Shown here: positions 11,041 through 25,195 of the stretch, piece by piece
How positions within the stretch are numbered: position 1 is the stretch's first letter
How the letters are laid out: every line of letters starts with the position of its first letter
NCBI RefSeq assembly: GCF_000002075.1
Contig: NW_004798139.1
Span: 187,334 to 251,333, forward strand
Length of the DNA: 64,000 nt
Reading direction: 5' to 3'
DNA from: Aplysia californica
Lineage: Eukaryota
The notes under the pieces: model-generated
Told to the model about the DNA's origin: nothing
What the model saw: the letters and a program-made list of their open reading frames with translations, nothing else
Databases searched by the model: none
Position numbers and translations under genes: made by a program

Positions 11041-14000
11041 ATTTGTCACATTATTTCGTATGCGGTGCCCAAACAAGTTGGGTTTTTCTGCAAACTGGAA
11101 CTCAAAAGATGTATTTTTGGATATGACGGCTCAACTTTCAATCAGAGAAGTAGTATTAATGGACCACGTTTCATATTTTTCTGTCCCCATCGTTTTATGC
11201 AAGAAAAATTATGAAATTATGCAAAATGAGTCCAAAAACGTGAAATTATGAGATTCTGTTAATTTAAGTACTAAGAATAATAATATAAAGGAAAATAATC
11301 ATAAATTATGCAAAAAATGATCAAATTTTGCTAAATTATGCGGGGTGCATAAAACCACGGGGACAGGTTTTTGCTTTTCAGTCTCTTTCCAGTATGGACA
11401 GAAATTTTCAGATTTCTTGTAAGTGTATTACCGAGTGCACACCACCAATCAAATTCTTTTGATTGAGTCGAGGCTGGCTAATTTTCCTTGATGGATGGGG
11501 AAAACGAAAAATTTTGTCTCTATTTGACAGAATTTGACTTAATTCAGCTGAGATCTTCAAAATCAAACATGTTTGTCTTTCAACGTCATGAGTCGAATTA
11601 GCCATAGTGTACCAGAATGGTAGCTTATGTCCCTTCATGGATGAAAATCCGGCTGGCTTCCACTCAATTTGATTAGTTCCGATTGGTAGTGGCAGTGTGC
11701 AGAAGGTATAAGTTGATGAAATGGATATTTTACTTCATTGCTCTTCGATTTTACGTAAATATGATGTTTCCGCTCAAAGTTGAGTGTATTGTGTTGACTT
11801 TATCCATTTCAGATGAAATTATGGAAATTTGTTTAAGTATGTAATTATGACCAAGAGTATTGCTTGTTAAAGAGGTGTATTAGCCTACTCATATCACTGT
11901 TTATGTGACTTATTAAAAGTGGTACGGTATTCTCTGTATGTAATTTTAAAAATCAAGTCATGTTGTTTTTTCCTGTATCATTGTATTATGTAACCCATTA
12001 TCATCTGCAAATGTGTGAAAACTTTCTTCATGGCTGTCCCTGGTAATACCTGCTGTCAGTTAATAGATGAGAATTGTTCGTCAGCTTTCTCTTTCTATGA
12101 GATCATGAGGGATAACTCACTCAACAGTTAATAATCCTCCCTCATTGTAGAGGACATGGGCTCAGTGTTTACAAGTTTATCCTTCCTCATCATTGAAGAT
12201 AAGAGCTCTTAGTGACTCTTATTAGATTTAAATCCAGACGGGAGAGAAATGTGAGTAAATGTTTTAAGCCCCAACAGACACAATTTGGACAGTTTAAGAG
12301 GTAGCCACTTTGATCCTGCCTGTCAAGGTCAACCTGGGCAAAGCAGGATACAGCGTCCCATCAATCTTACCTAGGAGATAGTCAATAAAAAAAACTTCCC
12401 AATGTGGATACTGAACTCATGTCTTCTGTGTGCCACAGGGAAAGATCCTTACTACCATAACACTGCCATGTACACATAAAAAACAGTTTTACTGACTTTT
12501 TTTTTCCAGCCTCTGTTAGCTTTTGGTGTCTAGGGGAGAAGCAAATGTCTTTCTCTGGTTTGTTTTTTTGTATCACCTGTTGGGATGGTTATTTTATTTT
12601 TGTCTGATGTTTCTCTGACCCTCCACCCTTTCCCCCTCTATTCATCCATCTTTTCCTGGGCCAGCCTCTTCTACTTCTACTGTATCCATCTGATCTCTGG
12701 TTATATATGCTCTTGCCACTTTACTGTTTAGTGGTAGTCTTGGCAGATGTCCAAATCATTTCATTCGTTGTTTATGTAGGCTTACTCCAAGCAGGGAGTC
12801 AAGGTAACTCATTTATTTGCAATCTAATTTTTCACCCTGTCTTTTCTTGTGGTGGTCAAAAGTTTTTCTAACGCATCTCATTTCATAGGCATTTATTTTG
12901 CTGCTGATAAACTAGGATGAATATATCACTGAAAAGTCAGTGATCAATAACTGGAAAAGTTGTTTTACACCATAGCGGACACCGTTTAGATCATTTTTTA
13001 AGGTAATGCGCTCTGCCCATTTTACAACACTTGGCCGCAATTTTTCTGTGTAGGAACTGAGGAAACTAACTAACCCATTGTGAGGACCACAGACATAAGT
13101 TTTTTTTAAAAATATATGTGAGTTTTGATTACCTTTACTTTATCAGTTTCCAATGAGGATACTGTTGAGTGAAAGAAAGTATTTCAGAAGAATAACATAG
13201 ACCTTTGTCCTGCAAATAGTCAATTTTAAAGACATTTTTTCTTTTCATAAAACAACAACAAGGCAGGTAGTCTTCTCATAATCATACACAGCTTTAATCT
13301 CAATATTCTTTTCATATATAACTAATGTAAAAAAAAGAGAGGAACATTCTCATGTCAAAGTTGACAACTAACTGAATGTAGGAAGGCCCCAAAAACACAA
13401 GTACACAGCTGGACTGTTTCTGTTTTTGTCTTTATTTAGTTACAGTTATAAATATGAGTTAATAGAAAAATAAACTGTCATGCTCCTTCACACAGCGATT
13501 CAAAGTCAAATAAATATAAATTAATTCTTTCTTGTCTTTATCAAGTCTGAACAACTATCAACTAACATAACAGTGAAAGTGAAAGCACATTTCAAAACAT
13601 TAATGAGCAGAGCATTGGCAGTAGACGTATTTGGATAAGTTTTTAAACTTTTACTTTTGGTTATTACGTCACGTCCTTCTAGAAACTGTATGATTATGAA
13701 TATGATGCATTAATTCAACAATGTAACAATTTAGTCTCACTCTTGCATCTGTGGAGAAGGTGTCCTGAGCTTAGACAAAAAATTATGCACTTTTTAAAGT
13801 AACACTCGTATAAAGACAGTAATGAAGAGCAGGCACATCCAAGAAGTATAACCAAGAAGGTCACTTTGTTCAGTATAAATTTCCTACTGAATTTGTCTCT
13901 TCTTCGTTCTGTAACTTTTTTTCCTTTACATCGAGCTTCCATTCTTTGTTCTTTTTTTTTTAAGGACAAGAAAGTTTCATCCTCAAGACCTTTTTTCTTT

Positions 14001-14813
14001 AAAGAAATACTGACAGAAAACTGTAATGGTATAATGGGTGTTGTTCCTACAAAGTAGTTACATGATCTGTTCCCACAAAGTTGTCACATTATCGTACATG
14101 ACATAGTACATTCAAACCAACGGCAACAAAGAATTTTGTTCAACATGATAGATATAGGCAATATGAAATAGTTCACTTCTACCCCATGCACAACCAAATT
14201 AGCAACAACTTTTCTCACTACTTGAGCACAAAAAAAAAATTAAAATATGTCATCACCTCAAGCCATCCTCCACACACTCAAATTCCTGACAAAAACTGGA
14301 ATACCTGGCCAAGAGTACTACACTAATTGATCATGGTGACCCAAATTATAGATTAATTTGAACCACTAAAACATGTTTCCAAAAAAAAGTAAGAAAGTAA
14401 TGAAAAAAAATATGCACAGCAATGTATTTCGTATGATGAAGCCATACATATAATATATTGAAGCTTGATAAAGATTTGTCATGTATAGTTTTAGCATGTT
14501 CTCTAATTTTATTAAAACTTTCATTTTTTAAAATTTTGAGTCATGCCACATCTGCCTACTTCTCATTGGCACATTTTTATTTAACAAAAATTTTAAAATC
14601 AGAAATCTAAAATTGTTTCACAATCATGTGAAGTCTGAACGAGACAGACAATGTTTATATAGTACTGGACACTTTCTAGTGGGAAACATGAGGAATCTCA
14701 CAAGGTGGTCGTCTCATTAAGTGTCTACAACATCTTTCCGATGGAGAAAAAAACAAAACAACATCCTGTTTTACTTTTACACAAAGGCAATCATTATCAT
14801 AGATTGATCACAT

Positions 14814-16522
14814 TCACAACTTTGGCTGCATCTTCTTCATGAGCTTCTCCAGTTTCATGGCCGCCCTCATGTCTCCCTTAATCTTGAGCTTGCCCGTCAT
14901 GAAGGAGGTGGTGGCGTTGGCTTTGCCAGCAAACATGTCTTGGAACAGGCCACTGTCCAAGACCATGGTGCAGTCGGCGCCTTCCAGTGTACCTGGAGCA
15001 ACCACTCCTTTCCCAGATTTCAAGTCCAGATAATACTTACCAGAATCAGGGCCTGAACACAGAGAGAGAAAAATTAACCGTATTTCAGCTGGTAGTATTA
15101 CAGATTAGCTGATATATCATAAAGTTGATAAAGAGTTGTTTTTTTTAAATTATTATCATGCTTCAGCTAACATACCATTATTTATATGTATGTAAAAATA
15201 AATCACACTTTAGCTGATATATCATCATTAAGAGGGAGTACGAAGAATAAGATCAAGGGAGACAAAAAAAAATAAAATCAACTATTTTTCAGCTGAGCTC
15301 ATCCTTTCTGTCCCTTTCATTTTAAGCAAGAAAAATTTTGAAATTAAGCAAATGGAGCCCAAAAATGTGAAGTTATGCAATTCTATTAATTTTAACAAAG
15401 AATGATAATAATAATAATGAAGATCATTTCTATAGCGCCCACTCCCGTGTAAACACAGCTTAAGGCGCTTTACATAAATGCATGTACGAACAATATTCAT
15501 GCACGCGACACACACATGCACACTCATACACACACACACACACTCACGCACACATGTGCACACACATAAAGGAAAATAATAAGAAATTATGCAAAAACTG
15601 ATCAAATTTTGCTAAATTATGCAGGGCACATAAAACCACGGGGACAGTCCTTTGTAGCATCTATTCTCTTTTTTCTTCGATGTCGTGGCAATTGTGGTTT
15701 GTCAAGATCTATATTATTATAATAATCCTGGCCTTTTCCTATAACCCATGTGTTCAAGTTCTCTACGTAAGTTAGTCTTGGTCTACCTCTGCCTCTTGCC
15801 ATCTAATTTTCCAGTGAGAGTAAGATGTTTTAGGCCATTATTAATTACAGTGAAACTCGAATGCAACAAACTCAGATTCAACTAAAGAAGCAGGATTCCC
15901 CATTTTTTGATTCATTAAAAGAGCAAATATGATTCAATCAAGCCGCTTGCCAGATGAGCAGCTCCCCCTAATGTGACTTCACTCATATTATTTTTCTTCT
16001 GCAGCTAAATTTATCTGCCCTATTCCAGGGGACTATCAATCGCACCTGCACTGTCAATCATTACGCTCCATGTTGTTTTCAGATTAACTGTTCAGTTTAA
16101 ACCGATTCAACTGAGGTTACAAAAATTAATTGTTGACCCATGTAATAAGGTTCACAGTACATCATTAGCGTATAAAACCAAGCCAACCTCAATTTAAACT
16201 AAACATTAATATTTAAATAATAGCCCATAGTCATAAGTCCACTATTTGCATTTGAAAACTGATAAATTTGGTCAAAATAAACCCTGTAGTCTCACCTGAA
16301 AGGTCAAACTGGAAGCTGGAGTTCATTTCCTTGACCAAGTCCTCAGACAAAAGCCCCTCGAGGGCCTTGAACATCGTCGTAAGTCCTGAGCTCACAGCCG
16401 CCCCGGCTGATGCCTCTTCTCCCGCTTCAGCAGGGTCAGCGTCCAGGAAAAAATCTGGCATCAATTTTGCTCCTGTGATTGTAATTATAAGATGTTTTAC
16501 ACCCCTATCAACACTTTTATTT

Positions 16523-16555
<33 letters not shown>

Positions 16556-19500
16556 GGTTGTTGCTGCTTCAACTTTGACCCTGACTGTCGGAGTCAACCT
16601 GGGCTGAGAAGGATACAGCATTCCTGCAGACAGCCAAAAGCATTACTACTATACCGGAGACACCAGTCTGTACTTCTCACATGATAAAGGAGATGCAAAG
16701 CCTCTTTAAGTTCTAACTAAGAATAAAGTAAGAAAATAGAATTTCAGAATAGGAAAGGGGAGAAAAAACTGAAGTGGCAATATCTGAGTACTATCAAAAC
16801 ATTTTTAAATTTAAACACTATAAATAATTTTTTTTTACATTTACTATTCATGCCATGTACTGCTAAAAATAAAGTTTTTAATTAACTGTACAATGTCATA
16901 TTCAACATGTATCAGAAATACAAATTAGACCATTAATATGATACTAGTAAAAGTTAGGGGGGGGAGAGCATTTATTTCATTTTTTCTTATACATTTGGAA
17001 CTTTTTTAGCTACTGTGCCCAAGTCTAAAAATTCTCCTACCACAAACCTGGAACACAAGAATATTTCTCCATGTCAGTCACTCCAGCTTCAGTAAGAACT
17101 TCATCGTCGATGGCAAAGTTTCCAGTGTACTTGCTGCTGTCCTTAGACAAAATGACGTACGCCGCGTCACTCATGATCTCAACGTCACGGCATTGCTCCT
17201 TCACCTCGCTACCACCGCCCAACATCTCCATCGCAGCTGTGTAGATTGCTACATGGGGACAGACAAACAGAATCACATTTGAGTTGCATTATTGAGAATA
17301 TCATGGAAGGAAAAGAAATCAAATGAGGTAGTGCTTGATGAAGCCCACTTGGGACGCTCAATGTTAAAAACAATCAGGAAATGACAAATGCAGTTTTTGG
17401 GACACCTGAATAGACATAAGGGTCTTGAACATCTAACTCTCACTGGCAAAATTGAGGGCAAGCGAGGCAGGGGTAGGCCCAGAACAACATACTTAGGGAA
17501 CCTAAACAAATGGGTAACAGGGAAAGATCAGGGAAACGTAACTTTTTTGAAAGCATCCAAGCAAAGGAATGAAAGGAGAACCATGATGGCCGATGTCTGT
17601 CACAGATCTGGCACTGGATGAAGATGATGATTGAGAACTCTCATCATGGGCGAAGCATGACTACGTTTTCGGGTCAGAATTCTCTTGCGTTTGGGGGGTG
17701 GGGGGGGAGGCTTTGTCTAGCATACAGGTGCCAATGAGAAGGCTAGTAATGCAGTGGAGCTTTAAAAACAAAGTCTATATTGATGGAGCACTGCACAGAT
17801 GGGACTTTTTCTCTAGAAGCCTATTTTACAGGGGAAGTTAAAAAATTAAACCACCAAAGACCACTTCATTTCAAATTGCATGTCAATCTTTTCTGCATTT
17901 CTACTCATTGAATTTTGACACCATTTATTGAGATGACGTATTTACCTCACTTTACAAAGCATAAATTTTTTTTAAGAAGGCTCAATTGTCCATGACATCA
18001 ATATGATGAGCGGAGTTCTCCTTACCTGTACGTGGCCACAAAGCATTCACAGCCACACGGTCATCCCTAAACTCCTCAGCCATACCCAGAACACACATAG
18101 ACATGCCATACTTGGCCATGGTGTATGCTGGAAAACACAAGAAAAGACATAAATACAGAACTGCATTGCTTTGAGTAAGGAGATAACAGTCATTTAGTGC
18201 ACAGAAAAGAAAAGACAAACAGGCAGACCCCAAAAAAAAGAAAAGAAAAAAAAAAGAAAATTCCAGCAGCACCCTCCAACCATCTACAGTATTAAATAAA
18301 TGTCTGTTCAGGATAACAGAAAGAAGTATAAAGACACAATGATAGCTTTTAGTCAAACTCCGCTAGAAAAAGCAAGGTAGACAAAAATAATACTCTGTGA
18401 AAAAAAAAAGCCAACAACATTATCCAAACAAAAGGAAGACATTTTTTTTTTTTACGAATACTTTACTCTACAGCTTTTTCTATTCATATTCAACTTTTTC
18501 CTATGGAGTTTGGTTTTCCTGTGTCTCGGATGAACTAATTTCTAGAACAATAAAAACATTCAGTGGTGAGAGAAAAACACCTATAGTTTCAACAGTAACT
18601 CAGGGAAAATCTCAATTCTGGCATCAATGACAGGAAAAATGCAATAGAAAAATGCAATAGGAACAAAACAAGTGTACTATATTATGATAAAATGCTCAAT
18701 GACACAGCTCAGTAACCACCCATTAACCATCCAGACTCATATAATACATAAATTCACATTTCTCTGAGGAAGAATTCAAAGTGGTGGGATTTTTCCCTTT
18801 ATTATTTTCATAGAATAATCAGTCACCTACCCACATGACCCTGGAACCATTTTGCACTCATGTTCAGTGGAGGGCTGATGTTGAGAATGTGAGGGTTCTT
18901 ACTCTTCAGGAGATATGGAAGGCACACCTTGGAACTGTAACAGATTCAGTTTATGCAAATTAATGACCATCTTTAACATTTACTCAGGAGTTCAAAGACA
19001 AGTATACACAAAATTGAAACACATATAAATTCATTACCTTGTGAGAAAAATTTTTAATAACATAAGTAAAACACTAGATACAGACAAAATGTATAAACAT
19101 GTAAAATTGAATACACCTGTTGCTCTTTCCAGTTTATCTTTCTTAGAAAGAGAAAAAGTCACAAAACATACACCCACACATCAATAGTAATAGTTGTTTG
19201 TTTGTTTAGTAAAGCAAAAGGGAAAGAAAAGAAGTAAGACCTACAAGGGACGCCCACCAATTACCCATATCAGCAGATCAAAGACATATCTTACCTTAGC
19301 AATGATTTATAATACAATGTTTCAAAAATTAAATTAAACTGATCAAATAGAACTGCTCTTCTTTCCACAATTTTTCTAGATTTCCAAACATCATTTCTTC
19401 TACTCAGTGTGAAGGACAGCAATTTCAACAGTGTGACCAAAGAGACCAAAAGGAGGCTAGACTCACCAGAGATATGTGCCACGGGCATTGATAGAGTTCA

Positions 19501-22500
19501 TCAAGTCATAGGTCTTCATGGGCGTCTTCAGTGTGCCGGTGAGAGAGATGGCGCTAGCATTGTTGATCAACACATCAATTCCTCCAAACTTGGCAACCGT
19601 CTCCTGCACAGCATTCTGAACCTGCTCCTCACTTCTGATGTCCACGATACAAGGCAAAGCTTTGCCACCGGCTTTGTTGACTAGGAAACAAAAAATAAAA
19701 TAAAATAAAATAAGAATAAGAATAAGAATAATAACAAATAGCATTCAGACAGTACAAATTCTTTAAAATTTATAACTCTTTCATAGGATTTTTTCAAGAA
19801 GGAATCCCTGTTATATTATAGATGTATACTATCTACAATGCATAACACTATTTTGATAATAGCAACAGAAGAAACCTTGTAGTAAGGCTCTCAGATTCTT
19901 CACAATCATTTCTGTGGCATTTTACTGAAAAATATTGATCAACAAGTCTCCAAACTAAGATCCCACTGCTTACGATCCCGGTTCGCTTAAGATCCCTCTG
20001 TTTTAAGAAAACAGAATTTTTACGATACAAAATTAATCCCTAAGATCCCGCTCTGATTCACTCTGAAGGTCTACATTAGGCTAAGATCCCGCATTTCAGA
20101 CAAAATTTACCGAACAAAAACCCAGGCGGGCACAGCTGATCAACCAAGAGTGAAAATTTGCGATCATTGAACTACCTGTTGCGTCAAAGATCAACCACTC
20201 GTGTTTATGATCGCATGTGCATTGTAAGTCACAATGAAATGGTACAAAGTTTGCCCCAGACAGGATCACACTGAGGTGTGAATTCGCCAATGCATTTGTT
20301 TTCTCCAAACATCGCATTCGCATCTGAGCTCTCCTCCTAAACTTACATCACACTCTGCGTGGGTAATACCTACAACTTTGCTCCAGTCAGGATCACAATC
20401 TCAAGGGATGGTGAACTCTTCCCCAACCATTGCAGCAGTTGCCTCTACTCCCGAATTTGCAAGACAGACTGAATTTTAATTGGTGTGTTCTACTAATAGG
20501 CCCTGGTGCGGTCACAACGTACTAGTGCATAACGACAAAGGTGGGGGGGGAACTCAGTCAGAGATGGAAAGCTATAAATTTTGGATAGGTAAAGGGGAGG
20601 GGCAACTGGAAAAGCTTAGATCTTGAGACTCACGATAGGATATTAAGAGAAAATGGCATGCTTTAATCGATTGTGATTGGTCATCAAGCAGGTTGATCCC
20701 TCTTTGCTCGCCAAAAGTCATAAACCCACTCAAGGGTCACATCAGTTCATTTTAGAGTGAAGGGAGACCATTTTACTGGTTGTGTACTTGACCAGGATCA
20801 CCACAGATTCTTCCCATGGTGCATCACCTAAGATCCCGTATTTTTCTTGCTCCCGAGCAGTGGGATCCTAGGCGGAGACTAATGTATTATTGTAAAAATG
20901 TGAATTTGTTATCTCCAAGAACACTCAAGCTTTAGAAGTCAGCAAACTTTGGCAGCCATTTTCTCACTAATTTTACACCAGACACCAGGCAACCCCTACC
21001 TGAAATTGCAAATATCTGGACTTCTATTCAAGATAGATGAGTTTTTTCCCTCAAAAACAGGATAAATAAACAAGCTTTATGATTATGGCAATAGCTCCAT
21101 TTGTCCAAAAGTTGAAAAGTGCCTGATTCACCATGTCGTATCATGTATCATCAAAAGAATTCTTACTTTCTTCGGCAGCTGTGTAGATGGTGCCCGGAAG
21201 TTTTGGGTGGGGCTGTGCTGTTTTTGCAGCAATCACAACATTGGCACCATCTTTAGCAACTTTGAGGGCGATGGCTTTTCCAATTCCTCGACTGGCTCCT
21301 GAGATGAAGACTGTCTTGCCCGCGAGCCGTCTGCAAAAGTTCAGAAACTCTGAAATATAAACTTGTTTTTCTATCCAGGTTTATGATATTGGTCAAGTTA
21401 AAAATAGACATGATGATACTTTCATTCTTTATGAGAATTTGGCGCTTGAAGGCAAATATTTTTTTGTGGCAGCACATTGTGTCGCTGACAATTTTTTAAG
21501 TAGAATCTGAATCACTTTCCAAATCAAGATTATCATGTTTATCAGGTCCTTCTACTATAATATCTGTTTTTTCTGCTTTCAGTCTCACTGTCCGTTTCCC
21601 CAAGGCTGCTAATGGTTAATATTTCAGCATGGAAACTGAGTTAGATCTAGATCCAAAATTGTCAAAGAAACAAAAGCTTATTACACGAATCCTAATTTAT
21701 GACAGCATAGATTTAATTCTGGCAGTTCAGGAAAACCATGAATTTAATTCTGGCTGATAGGAGTTAAGAGGCCTTAATACAGTGGAACTTGGATTCAACT
21801 AGCTCGGATTCTTCAATTAGAATCGGATTCAATGAGATGAGACGGATTATGTCACGGATTTCCCGTTTTTTTTCTTCTTTAAAATCAATAAAAATAACCC
21901 GAATCGAACGAGCACTTAAATCAGCAAGCTCGGATTCAACGAGGTCGCTTCCTGGGTGAACACCCCCGAAGACGTGGTTTCCGCACCTTTTACGTTCATT
22001 TAAAAACACATTTGCACGCAGATTTTACTGAAAAACATTGATTAACACTACGCCCCCACAGGACGCCGACCGGAAAAAGTAAGAAGCCGTCCTTTTTCCC
22101 CAATGGGACGCCAATCGATGGCGGTGTGATATAGCAAGTACCGGAGAGAGCGCTACGTTGGTGAAAAGTGTTAAAAGCACGAAAAATGCCCCTCAAGCCA
22201 TGGAAGTCAGCAGACTTTGAGCACTTTGGCAGCCCTCGCTAATTTTACCTCTCAAACCAGATGATCCGCTCACCTCCTTCAATTGCAATATCTCGACTTC
22301 TATTCTTTTTAACATAGAGATGGACATTTTTTACACCAATAACAAGGCAAATTAACAGGTTTTAAGACAATACCAGTAACCTCATTGCCTCAAAACTGAC
22401 GAGCGCCCGATTCCACCATGTCGTGCCACATTGTATTTGAGCATCAGGATTCAAGACCGATGCCTGTGCTCCACCATAGTATTCACGGTCTAGCAATATT

Positions 22501-22984
22501 TTAGGTGATAGTGCATCACCATATACATGCCATTGCCGCAAGAACTATAGTAGTAGGCCCATTATTACTATGACCATGCCACTGCGTTGGCCTACCATTC
22601 ATGATTCTGATTAGTAGAGCTCTATGAAGTAGCTCCTAATAATATACCTAGATTCTTAGTGAGCTTTGAAAGATGATTTAATGTTAAAAGATGTAGATCT
22701 AGAGTCTAGAGTATAGATCTAGATTAGGCTACTACAGAGGTTGACCCCTCTCACTCATACAGGAATACAAGACATTGGACAGTTGAAGGGTAGGCATAGA
22801 TCTACACCCAACGGAGGAAGAAACAGAGAGAAACAGTCAAGTATAGAAGAAGTTGATAAACATAATATAACAATGATAAATCCATCAATGATTCTACCGA
22901 TCAAAACAAAATAGAAAAACCCTCCTGAACTGTTCTAGAATTAGAATCTCTATCTACTAAAACTTACCCTGTATTTGCTGCCAT
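14814..22984 (-). CDS. HSDL2: Hydroxysteroid dehydrogenase-like protein 2 (SDR + C-terminal SCP2 domain), ~405 aa, 8 exons
   Basis: Exons (minus) 22968-22984, 21167-21330, 19467-19680, 18831-18934, 18026-18127, 17048-17248, 16296-16472, 14814-15052; 1218 nt, GT-AG, phases consistent. Motifs: MAANTGRLAGKTVFISGASRGIG, AAKTAQPHPKLPGTIYTAA, NNASAI, HILNISPPL, YTMAKYGMS (YxxxK), SCP2 domain FMTGKLKIKGDM, C-terminal PKL. Confidence 0.97.
15400..15560 (-). mobile_element. SINE 3' end with L2-like tail
   Basis: Minus-strand tgtaaagcgccttaagc..gggcgctatagaaat followed by (ATT)n. Homologous to 27340-27410 plus 27896-27990. Confidence 0.65.
15650..15835 (-). mobile_element. RTE-type LINE 3' fragment
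   Basis: G.RGRGRPRLTYVENLNTWV; homologous to 17360-17630. Confidence 0.65.
17360..17630 (+). mobile_element. RTE-type LINE 3' fragment
   Basis: FLGHLNRHKGLEHLTLTGKIEGKRGRGRPRTTYL is a typical RTE C-terminus, followed by a (GAT)n-like tail. Confidence 0.8.
19940..20884 (-). mobile_element. Tigger-like non-autonomous element, family A copy 2
   Basis: The reverse complement is colinear with 2899-3836; degenerate TIRs; TA at the right end. Confidence 0.85.
22000..22430 (+). mobile_element. Partial copy of ~430 bp MITE family B (also ~20890-21140, 46842-47277, 62288-62716)
   Basis: Shared blocks ctttggcagcc, cacctccttcaattgcaatatctcgacttctatt and the terminal gattccaccatgtcgtgccac. Confidence 0.7.
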
Positions 22985-23197
22985 TCTGCTCTATTCAGAT
23001 TCTACTGCAAGGCTAGATCTAGATGTTGATTATTAATTCTAGGTTTAATGCAACTTGGTTCCTGATACGAGACCAAAGATTTCGGAGGTACCGGTATTTG
23101 ATGTGTTCAGTCAATGCTGCTGACTCGCCCGGTCCCTTAGCTAAAGACGGAAATAAGGTCGAGCCTATGCGTGTTTTGTTCTAGTTCTAGTTCTAGT

Positions 23198-23889
23198 TAT
23201 AAAAAGGGAGCTGACCTTTGTACTTTGTACCAAACTCCTAAAGATTCTAAATTTTAGAACCCAAAGCTTCTGCTAGCCTTGGGGCCTATGACATACAGAA
23301 GGTTCAATTTTAATTTTGGAGGATATCTGAAATAATTATATAATCTTTTCACAACATTTAGAATTGTTTTTAAAGGTGTTGTGCGTTTAAAATGAAAGAT
23401 ATTATAACCTAAAATAGTTATTATTTAGAAAATAGTATTGTTTCGCAAATGAAAATGGGATTGTATAAAAAGTTCAAAGGGTCAGCGACCTATAAACTCA
23501 ACCAGGCCTGTGTTTTGCCTCGGTGATAACGAGTGACAGATCGAAAAATCAAAGGTAAAATTGACTGTATAACAATTTCATGCTTGATTCAATATATATT
23601 CAGGACATATTTCTATCGCCTGGTTTGATGGGGAACTGTGAGCCTTGATTAATCGTAACTAGAATCTAGATCTAGATAAACTCTGGTGCTATGATGCACG
23701 AAGTAGACATGAATCAATGAATGAAATTTGGTCTGCTGCACTTTGTACTCCTACACCACAGTGTTTACAGTTGACCTATTGAGCCTATTGTGACTAGATT
23801 TAGATCTAGGCTAGGCTAGGCTAGTGCTAGGCCTATTGAAAGTTATAGTTATTGCCAGTACCCAGTTCTGTTCAGTTTACCTTTGCACC
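23198..23889. promoter_or_regulatory. Putative shared promoter/enhancer of HSDL2 and the SCPx-type thiolase, with nuclear-receptor DR1/DR2 elements
   Basis: TGACCT-T-TGTACT-T-TGTACC (23212-23231), AGTTCA-AA-GGGTCA (23471-23484), TGCACT-T-TGTACT (23737-23749), TTACCT-T-TGCACC (23877-23889). TATAAA-like boxes at 23198, 23464 and 23491. Starts ~210 bp upstream of the HSDL2 ATG. Confidence 0.55.
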
Positions 23890-24123
23890 CTCAGTTAAAT
23901 CTGAATTACGTTAACACAACTTTGACTTTTTACCTTATTTATATCTAGATTCTAGATCTAAATTTAGATTTAGATCTAGATCTACATGATGTCTCTTTTT
24001 TGTGTCAATGCAAAGAGCGGTTGTTAGAGAGGAGACTTTAAAAAAAATTTATTTATGATGTGGTTGTTTTTACAGTTTATGCCCCCCTCCCCCCCAATAG
24101 AGTTAAGAATATTTAGATAATTA

Positions 24124-24997
24124 GGGGATGGATTGTGTACTTTACCGGACCACCCGTCTCGGCCCGTGATTACTACGCACGCCTAGCCTAACTACGCACT
24201 CATAGTACTCTACGTGCGGACAAAAGGTAGTTCCGCAGGCGATTTCGCGCTCGCACAGCGCAAGCCAGCGGAGAGTGGCGAGGCGAGGTGAGCGAGAGGT
24301 GGTGGTTGAGGGTGGGCAGGGGAATTAACTTTGGTGGACCACCGTGTATCATACCAACAGTGGGGAGGGGGGGGTCAGGGGGGCTTGCCCCCCTGCTGGA
24401 AACTATAATAAAGGAAACACACTAATGCGAAACAATACAATAACATGAGCGGACAGTCGTGTTTACATATTATATCAATGTAACTAACGACAGTGGGGGG
24501 GAGGGGGGGGGGTTTCAGGGGCCCCCCTGGCAACAATAATTTAAAGACACACACACACACACATATAAACAATAACTTGAGCGGACAATCGAGGTAGATA
24601 CTCGCCAAGTCGCGAGTAGGGCCGAGAGGGTTGCAATTATGCAAATGAGCTCTTGTGCGCATCTCTAGCCCTCCATAAATACTTTGCCGGACCAGGAGTA
24701 GGCTAAGCCAGTAGAGTCGTGAACAAATAAGAATAGTGGACCACGTGATTAGACTGACCAATTAGCCTCAAGGTGTCAGGGTTGTGGGTCAAAGGGCACA
24801 GTGGCATGGTCGGGATGACTGAAAAACCCGGTAAGAGACGTCAGTCGATTGTTGGCAGTCGAAGGGTGAGGACGTAGAAAACTGAGTAGGAGAGTGAGTA
24901 GGGGAGCTTGGAAAGGAAGAATAGCGGGCCATTAGGCACCAGGGGCGCCATAGCGAAAGTTGTTCCGACCGGTGGTCCGGTAAAGTACAATCTTACC
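24124..24997. mobile_element. Non-autonomous TIR DNA element
   Basis: Imperfect TIRs share GATTG(TG)TACTTTACCGGACCACC. GG..CC ends. Flanked on both sides by TAATTA (24118-24123, 24998-25003). Confidence 0.8.
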
Positions 24998-25195
24998 TAA
25001 TTATGCCCTAGAAGCCAATTTTGTCTGAGAGGCATAGCCTACAACGTCCCAGTAGAAAGACTGAGATACTTGATAAAAATTCTCCCCATTCAGGAATCAA
25101 TCTGGTCTCCTGCATTCGAAAGCAAAACCCTGACCACTAGATCTAGGTCTACACCACAGACGCTGGATATAGATTCAAGCATATATATATATATA

